Below are positions 44,095-57,873 of a stretch of 64,000 bases of DNA, piece after piece. A program made the position numbers and the translations under genes. Position 1 is the first letter of the stretch. Each line of letters begins with the position of its first letter. The stretch is from positions 153,140,001 through 153,204,000 of the forward strand of contig OX597814.1 in assembly GCA_951406725.2 (NCBI GenBank), written 5' to 3'. The notes under the pieces are model-generated. The model saw only the letters and a list, made by a program, of their open reading frames with translations. It had not been told where the DNA came from and did not search any database. This DNA is from Octopus vulgaris (taxonomy: Eukaryota).

Positions 44095-44594
44095 ATACAC
44101 ATACATAGATATACATACATATACATATCTATAAATGAATATATATATATATATACATACTCACATACATATATACATATGTATGTGTGTATATAAATAC
44201 ACACACATGTATGGGCACACATTTTATAATGACTGAGAAGACAAAGTGTCTCTAGCACTAGCAGTAGGGAGTATTCTTACATTGAAAACCTGGCAGAAAT
44301 GCATGCACCAGAATGGATTCTGACAAAGAACACAATGACCAAATGATGGTGCTAAACCGGGCAGATAGATTATCCACGCATACACTATATACACACACAA
44401 ACATATATACATATGTACATCTATGCCAGTCGCCTTGAAAAATGTAAAAGAAATTTTTTAAAAGAACAGGCCAGACTATCAATAGAGCTTAGCTAAATTT
44501 ATGAGTACATGAATTACTATTGTATGTATTGAGTACATTTATCTCTCATTTGTTTACCAAAATGAATAAATATATTACACACACATACATTTAT

Positions 44595-44647
<53 letters not shown>

Positions 44648-45882
44648 ATATGTCAATGTATTATGAAAAAAATTTGTAATCCAGTTACAACCAGCTAGTA
44701 ATTACAGCTGAATATTAATGCACATACATGCACACACACATACAAACACAAAACGTGAAAAAATAACTGTTTCTACAGTTTACTAGAATGAAACTAGTGA
44801 AAAAATATGGTGGGAAAAGTTTTTTTTCTTTTTTCAAACATAATTACTGAAATTTTGTATTTTAAAAATAGAGAAACTCATAAGATATTTAAAAAAAAAA
44901 AAGGTGTGGGTTCTAGAAGTTTATAAATTTGAGTAAGAAAATATTACTGTCCTATACATACAGAGGTTAGTCAATAAATAGGTAGTATGTCTTATGACAT
45001 AAATACATACATACATAGGTATGTATATACATAGACACAAAGACACTTGGAAGTGAATGTAATCTTCATGGGGGCTTATGCTTGGGCTACCTTGTAGACT
45101 ACAACATACTGAAATTGTCACATTCTATCATTCAAAATTTTCAGTGGGAATATTTGCTATGCCTTTTAAGCTTTAATTTGGTCGGCCCTTTTTGCCTGAA
45201 AGTTAAAATTGTCAGTGTCTATGTTAGAAAGGAAAGTATTTTAAATACAGAATCAATTTTAGTTGGGCAATAAACAATATATATTCTAGTTGGTATAAGA
45301 TTTAACAGAAACAAAACAGTCAACTAATCTATCTGGGATTATATATGTATAAAAAAAATAATTTTTTTTTTTTTAAATGAAAAGAGGATAGGGTTTCCCT
45401 GAATTTTCAGCATCACAGACAATTTGGAAACTTATGACATGATCAATGCAATAAGACAAAAAGAGATGATACTATGCTTGAGTCTGACTTATTCCGTCAA
45501 ACAACGAAGAAACCCAAACTACAGCCATCCATTCTGTTGTGATGTGGTAAGAACACATAGCAAATGGTTTGAAGTATTTTGAGTAGCAGACAGAAAGTGA
45601 CAAGTTAAATATAATTATCAGTTGGTAGTCCAGATATTGTGTACATGACATGATTATTCTCCTCACAAATTAATACATATCCACAATGTAATTATAAAAT
45701 CCTGGTTCTTTATCAACCCACCCGCATAAGTATACATACATACATATTTTTATATATACATATATATATATATAGATAGATATTCTGTAAGAAGCCTGCA
45801 AAACTAAGTTGCATAGAGCCAAATCAAACTGTTTTGAATAATAATACATATATATATGTTTATATACACGTTTATATATACA

Positions 45883-45931
<49 letters not shown>

Positions 45932-45940
45932 GTTTATATG

Positions 45941-45983
<43 letters not shown>

Positions 45984-46064
45984 GTTTATATGTGTATATA
46001 TATATGTGTGTGTGTACATATACATATAAATGTAGATATATACACACACACACACATATGTATA

Positions 46065-46932
46065 TGATGGGGCACCCAAAAGATACTGGAATTTTGCAAT
46101 ATTATTTTATTCACTTAATTTTATATGTTTACCCTTTTATCTCCTTGGAAGCATTCTCCATTTGAAGCAAAGCATCAGTCCAGGCATGTTTTCCGCTATA
46201 CGAAGCAGTGCTGGAACTCTTGCGAAGAGATGCCTTTTACTGCCTCCGTTGTATTATTCTTCACCGCTTCCACATCTGCAAATTCCATAGCATCAGTTTT
46301 CCTCACCAGTGACGACCTTTGAAAAAAATGTCCAGATCAACTTCCAGCTATTCTTTCAGTTCACGACTGCTTTTGATCTTCCACGAGCAAGCGAAGCACA
46401 AATTTTGCTGCAACTCTTTTCATTCACGATTCCTCACTCAAATTTCATTGGCAGGAGCTCCAGGATACACCAGTCATATCAACAAGTTCGTCAATTGTTT
46501 AGTGACGGTCCTCCAAGATCACTTCATGAATTTTCCTGTTGTTTTCATTCGTCCGGGAGGTTGACAGTCATCCTGAACAAAGTTGGTCTTCAAGCAACAA
46601 GTAACTGTCCCTAAAGCATGGAAATCACCCGTAAACTTGTGTTTTACTCACGGCAGTGTCCTTGCAAGCTGTTTCAGCCACCGTTTACCCCAGCAAGAAA
46701 CAGAATTACATGGAAGTGCACAGTTAACTTCATTTCAGCCATTGCAAAAATCAACAAACGGGGGAAGCACTGCAAAACAAAGACACACCATGTGGCAGTA
46801 TGGTCTAACTGGGTGCCATTTGTCGACAGACTGATGCCTGAGGGTCACAAGTGGCTTCTAGCAGCAGTAACCTGAACTATAACAGGTTTGTCCCACAGAG
46901 AATGTTTCTGGTTACTTTTGGGTACCCCGTCA
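46065..46932 (-). mobile_element. Deleted Tc1/mariner element
   Basis: TIRs tgatggggcacccaaaag / cttttgggtaccccgtca flanked by TA; mariner C-terminal remnant (EFQHCF...CFASNGECF) on the minus strand. Confidence 0.8.
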
Positions 46933-47499
46933 TATATATATATACACACAATATATAAAATATACATATGAATAATATGTATATATGTATATCTATGCAA
47001 GTAATATACAGTATTGTCACTTTTCGGCATATGTTGTATATAATGATGCCAAGGCAGGAAAAGTAGAAAGAAACTCATAGAGTCCCTTCCTTTTACAGCT
47101 GAACTTTTTCACTTTTCATTGTTTGGTTGTTTTTTTTGCCATTTTTCTTTTTTTTTTTTTTTACAGAAAGAGATAACAAATTAAAACTTTTATGAAAGGA
47201 GCATGAGAAATGCAGAACATACAAGGTAGGGTATTAAAGAGAATTAGCCTAATATTTTTCTTATCTTTTCGAATGTTTGATAAAATATGAACATTCCATT
47301 CTTTTAATTATTTCAAATTATTTAAGAGTTTCCTTTGTCTTTTTCACTAAAAAAAAAATTGTGAGGAATGGGTGTCTTTCCATTTTTTTTTTTAATTTCA
47401 AATATATCATCATCATCTTCATCATCCTCATCACCTGATTAAAGATCAATGGGGAAAGTGAGGAAGTATACATTTATTTACACATTCATGAAAAATTTG

Positions 47500-47690
47500 T
47501 CAGAGAAAATAGGGGGTAGTTGATCGAGTAGGGATGACTCTCTCGTTGTCTGGGACAGCATCAAACAACATGGCTTCCTTGTTATTGCAGTCTGTAAACG
47601 ATAGCACTGCCGCCACATTGCCACATCGGTAGCAATAATTTGGAGCAGACCAGACAGTCACCAATTTCTCATCAAACATGTACCGGTAAC
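47500..47690 (-). CDS. PPP6C: PP6c last coding exon ([25 protein letters not shown]...TTPYFL*)
   Basis: [11 protein letters not shown] motif and the C-terminal TPYFL of the PP2A/PP4/PP6 family. Confidence 0.97.
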
Positions 47691-48080
47691 CTGAGGAAAG
47701 AATGTAAAAAAAAAAACAAATATATATATAAGACATCTTGAAAATAAAGTAGACTTGAAATAGAAACAGGATCAATTTGAAACAAAACTAGATGGAAGAT
47801 GAATTCAAAGAATTAAAAATTTTAAAAGAGCACAAAAATTCAAATTCATTTTCTTTTTAATATGAGTACTGTTTTAGAAATGTGTCAGCTCAGAAATCTC
47901 ATCACAGACTGATGTGACTTGCTACAGTGCCATGTAATCCAGTACTAATTGTTCCATGGTTAAGCAGTTAGCAACAACATTAAAGTTGTTATATTTTGTA
48001 GATTATTCTTTCTCAAAATGAAATCTTTTAATATTTATGTAACACACTTCAAAAAACATTTTATAAAGCTTAAGACTTAC

Positions 48081-48138
48081 CTTCATGTACTAATTGATGA
48101 GCCCGACATATTAATTTTAGATTATTGATATGAACAAA
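48081..48138 (-). CDS. PPP6C: PP6c exon (FVHINNLKLICRAHQLVHE)
   Basis: RAHQ motif; tag/gtaagt boundaries. Confidence 0.96.
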
Positions 48139-50325
48139 CTAAAAAGGAAAAAAAAATGTTGAGAAAAATCAATGACAAAAATTAAAAGAAAGAACAGAAA
48201 TAATAGTTATAACTTAGTCAGAAGATGGACGGGTAGCTCTGATGATCATTTCCAAAGTCTCCAAGACTGGAAGGAGAAAAGGGAAGAAGGTAGGACTTAT
48301 GGGAAGTTTATAGTATGAAACAGTAACTACATAATGCACCAAGGTGATTAGTCTTCCTTAGACAAGACACCTAGCTAAGTGCTTTTACAGAGTGGATTAG
48401 AATGGCACCCAAGAACATAGGTGACTACATTCATGACTAAAAGAAAGTCATGAATTTAATTAACCACAAGAACAGCAACAGTCCATCTGACAAACTTCAG
48501 CACCATTTCTATCAAACCAATTTCAATCATAAGGCTTGGATGATTCTAAGGCTATGTTCTGTGAAGTAGTATCCGACCCAAAACCATATATTTGTGAAAC
48601 AAACATTTTAACCAAACAGCCATGCTTGCAATCAACATGGCTTGGTGTAGTGAAGATTTTCTTGTAATCAGGAGAAATGACAGTGAAATTGGTGGAATTA
48701 TAAATTCTTACTTGCAACCATTTCAATTCACTTTTTAATGTACTTTTGAGAAATATCTGAATCTCAGACATTCAGAAATCAATAAGGGAGCTTCTTTTTG
48801 TCACTCCATCTACTAGAAATGGCAGACAAATTTCTCTTAAATTACTCTCTACCCTCTTGATTAAGGAAAGAACATGAGATAATGCAGTCATGTACATCTC
48901 TAAAAACAAAAGATGACCATGGCCAATATGCCTTTGATCTTAGATCTATTTGGTCAGGGTTGATTGGTTAGGATTGACCAAGGTGTAAACAAGAGGTGGT
49001 GATTCAGCAGTCTTTAACACAGCATAAAGAACGCTGCATGGCATTTGTTCTAAATCTTTGCATTCAAGTTCAAATTCTGCTGAGGTTAACTTTGCCTTTC
49101 AACCTTTTGGGGTTCAATAAAAAATTTTTTTTTAAAGTACCAATCCATGGTAATTAATTGATAGAACTGCAAGAACACTGGTTTCAAACTTTGGCACAAG
49201 GTCAACAATTTTGGGGTGGTGGTGGTGGTGGGGGAGTTACACTGACCCAGTGCTCAATTGGTATTCATTATATTAACTCTGAAATGGTAAGAACATTAAA
49301 CTAGAGATCTTGTGGTATTTGTTTCAGCTCTTTGTATTCTGAATTGAAATCCCACTACAACCTACTTGGGAGTTAGACTTAATTCACTGCCTGGTTAACA
49401 CCATCACCTGGTACCTGGAGTGTTTTGTTCATTTTGTTGCAAGCATTTGGACCAAGTCTTCATTTTCAAGATACCTTCCACCCACCTTTCCATCCATCTC
49501 AAAGGCCCTGTAAAAGGTCATGGGCAACTCCTCCCTCCTGACTTAAATAAAAACAACAGCATTCATAAATCTCCATCTCTCTAATTAATCTGACAATGCT
49601 CAAACCATTATTTTTTGTTTTAGAGGGGGTTATTTTTCTGTAATTTAAAAATGCATCGACTAATTTGCAATAAGTTTACCAGTTATTTTCCAGCAATAAA
49701 AACAAAATTTTAACAAGTCAAACCTAAAAGCCATATATTGCAAGTAACAGTAACTCACACTTCCAATAATTCTTGTAGTGTAACTGAATTCCTTTTGTTT
49801 TCCGGTATAAATCATTGAAATTATGAAGGAGGAAAAGAAATCAAAAGTTTGGCCAATTTTTTCAAGAATATGAACATAGCAAAGCCAACAAGGAGTCTTC
49901 TACATTAGGCATGGGTAACCTTTTCCAAGAAGAAGGCTGCATGAGACATGGATCGTCATCAAGCAGACTGCCCTACTAAAAAAATTCATGGAAATTTTTC
50001 TTTAGGAGTTATTAGGTGTCAGAAAGTCCCACAGGCTACAGTTTACTCATAACAGTTCTACATGGTTGCTCAACCTGCTAGAAACAGTAGCTAAATTTCC
50101 CAAAATAATGCAATAATATCTTTAAAAGGGACACTGGATAAGGAAGCCTAAGATACAAGAGGACTGAAAAGAGAGAGAAAGAAAATGGTCATATCCTGAA
50201 CACCTTAGGTCTTAGGCCATCTTGGTTAGGTTAACAGGGGGGTAAAAAAACATTAGCACAGTATAAAAATTGAATTCAGGATGTACGACAGCAAGATTAT
50301 TCTTAAGATACAATAATGTATTTAC

Positions 50326-50417
50326 CTCATTAGTAACCATTGCTCCAAATAACCAACCAGCACCACGCGGACTAATTGTCCAACTTTCCACATCTTCAGG
50401 ATCAGACCAAACAAGAT
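50326..50417 (-). CDS. PPP6C: PP6c exon (DLVWSDPEDVESWTISPRGAGWLFGAMVTNE)
   Basis: WSDP and SPRGAG motifs; donor gtaaat. Confidence 0.95.
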
Positions 50418-51793
50418 TTGAATACAGTTAAAGAAAAAAAATTGTCAACAGAAAATGCTTTACAATATATGTAAACTTACATATTCTTACATATGCAGGT
50501 GGCACGTAAAAAGCACCCACTACACTCACGGAGTGGTTGGCGTTAGGAAGGACATCCAGCTGTAGAAACATTGCCAGATTAGACTGGAGCCTGGTGCAGC
50601 CTTCTGGCTTCCCAGAACCCCGGTCGAACCGTCCAACCCATGCTAGCATGGACAACGGACGTTAAACGACGATGATGATGATTCTTTTACACATTTCAGT
50701 CATTTTACTGCAGCCATGATAGAGCACTGCCCTAAAGGGTTTTAGTTGAAGAAATCAACCCTTCCATAAGCCTAGTACTTAATCTGTTGTTCTCTTTTGC
50801 TGAACTGCTAAGTTATGGGAACATAAACATTGACATTCGTTGTCAAGTGATGGTGGACACACACACACTCATATACAAACAACAGGCTTCTTTCAGTTTC
50901 TGTCTACCAAATCCACTCAAAGGCTTTGGTCAGCCTGGGGCACTTGCCCAGAACCATGTGGTCAGGAAGCAAGCTTCTTACCATACAGCCACACTTGCGC
51001 TATTTAACTTATTTCTCCACAGATTGAAGAAAGTGATGAAGAGCCCTAATCAATTTCCTACCCTTCATGAGCTCTCATCAAAGATATCAACATCATTTGA
51101 TCAATACTAGAGAAACAAGTAGCCATTCTGTTTACATATACATCAAATCTAGTAGCCTCAGATAACTGGAGCTGTACTTGACTAGATACAATACCATAAG
51201 TAATTAAATAATTTCTTTATTAATTGCTGGGTTGAGAGGAAGGGACAGTGCCCAACATCATAACAGGCCTTCCTAGACAGGTGAGAGTAATTCCACTAAT
51301 GTTCCTCTTAACCCTTTTGATACCAACCTGGCTGAAACCGCCTCTGGCACTTTAGAACAAATATCTTGTTTTCATAAATTTTGAATTAAAATCTTCCATT
51401 AAACCTTAGTCACAATTTATGTTCCTAACACTAGTTGAATGATAACTAAGTTATTTTACTAAATTATTTCTTATATTTAAAATTAATCGAAAGAAACACA
51501 GAGCATCTCAAAATAAATATGGTAACAAAAGGGTTAAACCTTTGTAAGTCAACACCTGCCAGAAAGAAATGATCAGAGAAGAAGTACCAAAGTCTCCAGT
51601 GCCAAAAAGTATGTTGCTAAAACAGGTTGAATGTCCAGTCAGTCATGCCAAATCGCCAGTGTTCAAACAGCCATGCCCAATCAACTCATTCCACTGCTTT
51701 GGTAACTTATAATACAGATGTTGCTAATTAATACACATCAAGCTATTCAGAAATTACAATTAGCTAAAAGATTGATAATTCTTAAAAGGATAT
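50418..51793 (-). other. PPP6C: U12-type (minor spliceosome) intron with AT-AA termini
   Basis: 5' end ATATCCTTTT, branch site TTTCTTTAAC at 50436-50427, 3' end ...TATTCAA; splicing restores FC-DLVWSDP. Confidence 0.88.
51312..51533. mobile_element. piggyBac-like MITE inside the U12 intron
   Basis: TTAA-cccttttgatacca ... tggtaacaaaaggg-TTAA. Confidence 0.8.
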
Positions 51794-51911
51794 CACAAAA
51801 GGCTCCCTTGTGTGGAATTTCTTGATTTCTGTCAATTGTCCGGATCTGATCAATGGTTTTGATATCAGGAGATAATCCTCCATGTACACACAAGATACAT
51901 TCATCAATAAT
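51794..51911 (-). CDS. PPP6C: PP6c exon ([16 protein letters not shown]...EIPHKGAFC)
   Basis: HGGLSP motif; followed by the U12 donor ATATCCTTT. Confidence 0.95.
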
Positions 51912-53816
51912 CTATCAAATCAGAAGAGAAAAAAATATAGAAAATATATAAATAAAAACAACAGTATTGAAGTAATCAATATAGTAATATAATTATCAGT
52001 CAGCTACAATATTATCAATAAAATAAATATAAACAAGATATAATATTTGTTTAATATTTTTTATGCTTGTTAAAAGAGGAAAGATGTCATTTTTGGAGTT
52101 TTGATTTAGCTAAAACTGTTAGGATGATTGAGAGTTAAATTAGTGTTTAGCAAAAAGTGTTCCAACACTTTCCAAACATAGTGTATGTAAAACTACATTG
52201 AAAAATATTCATTTTTTTTAAAACAGTAGGGTGAGTTGTGAGGGATATTTGATTTCTATTTCAGCAGGTTAAAAGACCAACCACAGATTTTTTTAGATTT
52301 AGCTAAGCTAGTGAGGGATGTAAAACTGTAAGTTAGCTTTGTAGACAAAACTACATAGACAGCTGCAAAAAGAAGTGCCAATCACTTAAAATGTATGGAA
52401 ACTGTGGAAGAGGGAGACCCAGAAAGACACAGGACAAAATACTGAAGGCTGACCTCAGGACACTGAGCCTTATAGAGGAGATGACAAAGGGCTGAAGTAT
52501 CTGGTACCTTGCTGTACTCAAGAAGACCCATCCTCCACAGCAGAATTGTTAATGCCCCACTCCCAGGGGAAGTGGGTTTTGCCTGCAAGAGCTCCGTGCC
52601 AGTGCCACATAAAAACACCCGTGTTGCTGTCACATAAAATTACCTGTGCTGGTACCAAGTGAACAGTATTGGTTTTGCATGGGATGTAATAGAGGAGATC
52701 TGCCCAAGGTGTCACACTGTGGGAGTGAACTTATAAACCACTTGGCAACAGAGCAAACTTCTTAGCAAATGGCCAAGCCTATGTTACTCTGTATGAATTT
52801 ATGTATGATGATGATATATGTATGTGTGTATAGAGTATATAAGACCAGACAAGAAGGTCAAAACAGCACTCAATACCAACTGGAGAGATGTGAAGTGCCA
52901 GCAGTTATAAACGTAAGTGTGTGTGTGTGCGCCCATCTCAGAAAATCACTCAGCTATGATATGGGCAGTGATATTGCTGTCATTTCCCATGTCAACGATT
53001 TCTATGTTGCCTTTGTACCTTTAAAAACGTGTGCATTAATGTATTCCTTACTCGAAAAACAGACAAGGGTTAGCAGCAAGAAAGGCTGGTGACATTTTAC
53101 TAATTATATTTGCCAGGCTCATGCTAGCATGGAAACAAATGAAACAAAATGAATATAGGATGAATTCTCATAAGATAACAGCATCTTGCAGAATATTAAT
53201 TGTAAAATGGCATACAGTATCTATGTATACTAAATCACTGCACAATGTGTGTAAGGTTAAACTGTGTGACAACTAATCACATAAAAAGTTCAAAGTTCAG
53301 TTTACAGTTAATATTTTGTGTCCATGAGCAAGTTATGTACTTTTGTTTGCTTAACTAAATGAAAAAACAAACTCTACTGCCTACTTCACAGTTGAATGGT
53401 TAGTAGTAGAAAGCACATCCAGATGTAAAAATGCAGCTGATCTAACATGTAACTTATCCTACCTATAATTATGACACAAAGGCTGTTACAAAAGCTAAAA
53501 ATCTAAAATATAGTTAGCACTATAGATCTAGTGGTTAGTTACTGGTAAGTAGGTGCCATATTTGGTGACATAAAAATGCACAGAATATCAGATACAGCCC
53601 AATTTAAGCAGTTTTAGTACATTAAAGCTTATGCAAAGCCCAACTTTACATATAGTACATGAGATGATTTTTTGGAGATATTTTCATGTTTTGAGGAAAA
53701 AGTGGATCTTTAATGCTGTCAAATACAGTATATATATTTTTAATGGCTTAGTCATTAAATCCTTTGTTGAAGCTAGCAACAAACTGTTTATACAAGAAAT
53801 ATACTGAAGTACTTAC

Positions 53817-53896
53817 AGCAGCAATTGTCAGAAGATCAAAGACTTTACAACAATATCGCCATGCATTGGCATTGCCATATTTTGTTTGACACTCAT
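53817..53896 (-). CDS. PPP6C: PP6c exon ([27 protein letters not shown])
   Basis: PP6-type sequence; cag/gtaagt boundaries. Confidence 0.96.
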
Positions 53897-54441
53897 CTGA
53901 AAGTAAAGATTAATTTAGGAAATAGGGAACCAAAAAAATATTTAAAAAAAAAAAGCAATAATAATCCAATCTTAGTACATATCAAACAACAAGGATTAAC
54001 AAAATTAGAATAAAATTATATTTTCTTCATTTCTTTTAACCCTTTATCTGCAAAATTAAATTTCATGGTTATCCCAATACTGATGGTAAATATCTAATAC
54101 AAAAAATAGATTGAAATTTTCTGCACGTCACATTACCTCAATAAACTTGACACGTCTCAACAGAATACAGTGTCAAATATGACAAAATAGATTGCTATAT
54201 AAAAGTGCTTTTTGCAATTAAAGTTAATGACATTTTGAGTGGAGATATTTGATTTCTGTAGTAACGGGGTTAACCAATTCAGAGCAGAGAAGATTGTGTA
54301 AAATATAAAACATGTTAATTATGCTTAAGTATATTGAATGCAAATGTATTTCACAGCAATATTAACTTTATTTTGTACAACTTTATTTTGTACAAGTGAA
54401 AATAGTTAATTCCTTTAATATTGGACAGTTAGAGAACTTAC

Positions 54442-54515
54442 CATAAAATCCATAGATTTGTGTAATTTGTCTACTTTCATGGTTTCCCCTGAGTAACACA
54501 ATTTTATCAGGCCAC
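54442..54515 (-). CDS. PPP6C: PP6c exon ([24 protein letters not shown])
   Basis: RGNHE motif; tag/gtaagt boundaries. Confidence 0.96.
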
Positions 54516-56119
54516 CTAAAGGAAAAATTGAATAATTATTTATCAATTTTGAAGTAAAATGATAAAAAGGAATATATATATATATATATTAATATATACC
54601 AATACCAGTCTGAATGTTAAACAACCTCTTAATGCTAGTGGCATGATAAAAAAGAGCCTAGCATATACTGTCAAGTGGTTGGTAGATGATGATGGTGAGT
54701 GACTAAAAAAAATCTTACTAAAAAATGTGACATATACTACAACAAGGAGTAACAATTCTCTCTGCTGTTATATGCATTAGGAATTGGAGGGAACATAAGA
54801 CAGTGTTGGAGCAGACCCAATCAGCTCATGCCAACATAAAAAACAAAAGACATGGATGACAACAACAAGGAGGGTGGAGTGGTGGTGGTGATGATGATTA
54901 AGATGATGATGATGATGATGATGATGATGATAAGGAGGGATTAACAACTACTGATAGTAAAAATAATTTTGGTCATAATTCAAATGAGCAAAGGAGAATT
55001 ACTGATTAGGTCAAATATTTTTTTTCATCTGATTTTAGAAATACTGAAATATTTCAAAGCAAAGATGTTTCAGTTACTACAGTAAAAACAGAAAAATAGT
55101 TGTTGCTTAAAAATGAAATATCTATGAATGAACATATCTCTGTAGCAGTGGTGCTATTAAAACATTGCAATTGTGAAGATCAAGAAAAGCTGCTTCAATC
55201 TCAACAAGTAATTAAGACTCTTTATATTATAATAATCATCATCATCATCGTTTAACGTCCGTTTTCCATGCTAGCATGGGTTGGACGGTTCAACTGGGGT
55301 CTGGGAAGCCAGAAGGCTGCGCCAGGCCCATTTTGATCTGGAAGAGTTTCAACAGCTGGATGCCCTTCCTAATGCCAACCACTCTGTGAGTGTAGTGGGT
55401 GCTTTTTACATGCCACCTGCACAGGTGTCAGACGAGGCTGGCAAACGGCCAACATCGGATGGTGCTTTTTACGTGCCACTGGCACGGGGGCCAGACGAGG
55501 CTGGCAATGGCCACGAGATTCTAAAATGCTTCATAAAAAAAAAAAGTTACAATGCACCTAAAAATATTCATTAGTATTGATAACATTTTAAAGCGGAGTT
55601 TGAACTCACTGCTCAAATTCCTTCTGATAAAGCTAACTTTGATTTCAAGTTAACAATTAAGATGCTTTCCTTCTTTTACATTTGATTATTTGAAGAGAAG
55701 CAACAGTTCCTATATATGTGTCATTCCTACTAGATTAAGGAGAGCTTAAGTAGAATTAGTGAGGTTATTTTGATTGCTATAAGGTAATGTTTAGAGTTAA
55801 AACATTAACCAGATTTTCATGTTCAAGAGTAAAGCAATTCTTGATTGAGATGATTGAGACCAACAAATTTCTTATTCCCATAACTCTAGCCCAAAATATT
55901 TTTCTCTCTCATCAATACTTGATCCTTGCAATTTCTATAAAAGCTAAGATAATATGGATAACATTTGGACTCACAAAGTTTAATGCAATTAAACTAGGAA
56001 ATGTAGAAAACAAAACATAACTTTACACCCATTTTCAAAGTCACAAAATCTATTTATTTGACTAGTTTCCTACTAAACCAACAAAGACAACAGACCAATG
56101 AAAAGTAAAATTAACTTAC

Positions 56120-56187
56120 TTTGCTTTTAAAGTTAATAACAATGTGAATGTCTCCAAACTGTAGTATCCTCGGTCCACAAAATCTCC
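56120..56187 (-). CDS. PPP6C: PP6c exon ([23 protein letters not shown])
   Basis: GDxVDRG motif; cag/gtaagt boundaries. Confidence 0.96.
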
Positions 56188-56479
56188 CTGGAAAATATCA
56201 GTTAATTGTTTAAAAAAAAATCATTTATTGCATTCATTCTCTTATTCTTTTACTTGTTTCAGTCATATTTAAAAGTTCTTCATTCATGAACCCACCATTC
56301 ACACCCATATGAACAGTCTTATTCATGGTAGCTGTGTCCAGTTACATAATATGAACTTTGTTTATATTTACTGTGCTCAAACAAAGCAATTAAAATATAT
56401 CTAGTCTTTTCTCTAAAATAGAGAGATCACATCTTTTAGCCACCATTTAAATAAGGCCTATATTTTTCAGTAAAACTCC

Positions 56480-57023
56480 AATTCAAGTAGCTTGCAGTTT
56501 TAACTTCTAAAAATCAAATCTAACTTGAGAGCCTTATTAGATTTCATTCATCTATGTTCCTGAAAGAAGAGGAGTGATTGTGAAATCTCTTCTTGAACGT
56601 TCCTTCTGTCATACTAATAAAGCACTTTAGAGGTCACAAAGGTTGGGCCTGTTGATTTAACATATCCATTGCAGGATATGTTCTGTGGGAATGTACCATT
56701 GTTTCTATATTAGTAACAGACTTCAGTAGTTGTTGTAAATTTATGGAATAAACTTGTATTTGTTGAATAGTTCCTGCATCTATGGTTAGTGAGAAAGAGC
56801 TTCTTGGGAAGACTTTTACTATGATTTAACCTTTACAGAGTAAGGAGTGTAAACTAAATGATATCATGGCTTTTTTTTTCAAAGGTATGTACCTAACTTT
56901 ATCTTTGAGTCTACTCACTTCTTGTACAACCTCATAGTTAAGGGTTGCTCTATCAAAGAACTCTTTACTACAGAACAGATTCAACATCCTTTTACATATA
57001 TTATTGATTAGGTTTTGGAACAC
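56480..57023 (-). mobile_element. Older Penelope-like fragment
   Basis: LINNICKRMLNLFCSKEFFDRA resembles the Penelope RT thumb region also seen near 17.6 kb; boundaries approximate. Confidence 0.5.
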
Positions 57024-57807
57024 AAAAGACAGATGTCATGAACCAATAACTAAGTCACTGTAGTAGATTTGGCAGATGGAAACTGAAAGAAACTTATCAT
57101 GTACATGCATGAGTGAATTTATATGTGAATCTTACTAGTTTTGCCATTGTGTGATCATTGTGAAAGAATGTATATTTCCAATCTTCTGTGAAAAACATGT
57201 CTGACCTGGAGAGATATTACTTTGCTTGGGGACAGATGAGTGTTGGTGACAAGGAAAAGCAGCCAGCTACAGAAAATCTGCCTCAATGAATTCATTGTGA
57301 CCCATGCAAGCATGGAAAAGTGGACATTAGAATGATGATGATGATGAGTGAAACGAGTAAATGTAAGAATTTAACATTCTTTTACTGGTTTCATTCACTG
57401 GACTGTGGCCATACTAGAGCACTGTTTTCAAGGTTTTAACTGGTCCTGTCAACTCCAGTACTTAATTCAGTCTGTTCTCTATCAAACAGCGAAGTTGTAA
57501 GACATAAAGGATTTTTATTCTGAACAACATAAACTTAGACACATTTACTCTCTCACACACACATGCATACAGCTAACTTCTGTGCAATTTCTGTGTACCA
57601 AATTTCATTCACAAAATATTGGTCAACCCAAGGCTATGATAGAAGAGACCAGCTCTGCATATAACAGTGATTGAACTTGGAATCATGTGATCATGAAGTA
57701 AACTTCATAACCATGCAACTATACCTGTGGTTATATAACATATTTAGCTTGTAAACGTTTTATGCCAAGTAGATTGTTGTGAAGTGGAATAAGCTCTAAA
57801 TACTTAC

Positions 57808-57873
57808 CATAAATACATAATGTTTATCTGGCATTTCACCACCAGTACGGAAAAGGGCCATTAAATCATAAAA
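57808..57873 (-). CDS. PPP6C: PP6c exon (FYDLMALFRTGGEMPDKHYVFM)
   Basis: cag/gtaagt boundaries; 66 nt; in phase. Confidence 0.95.
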
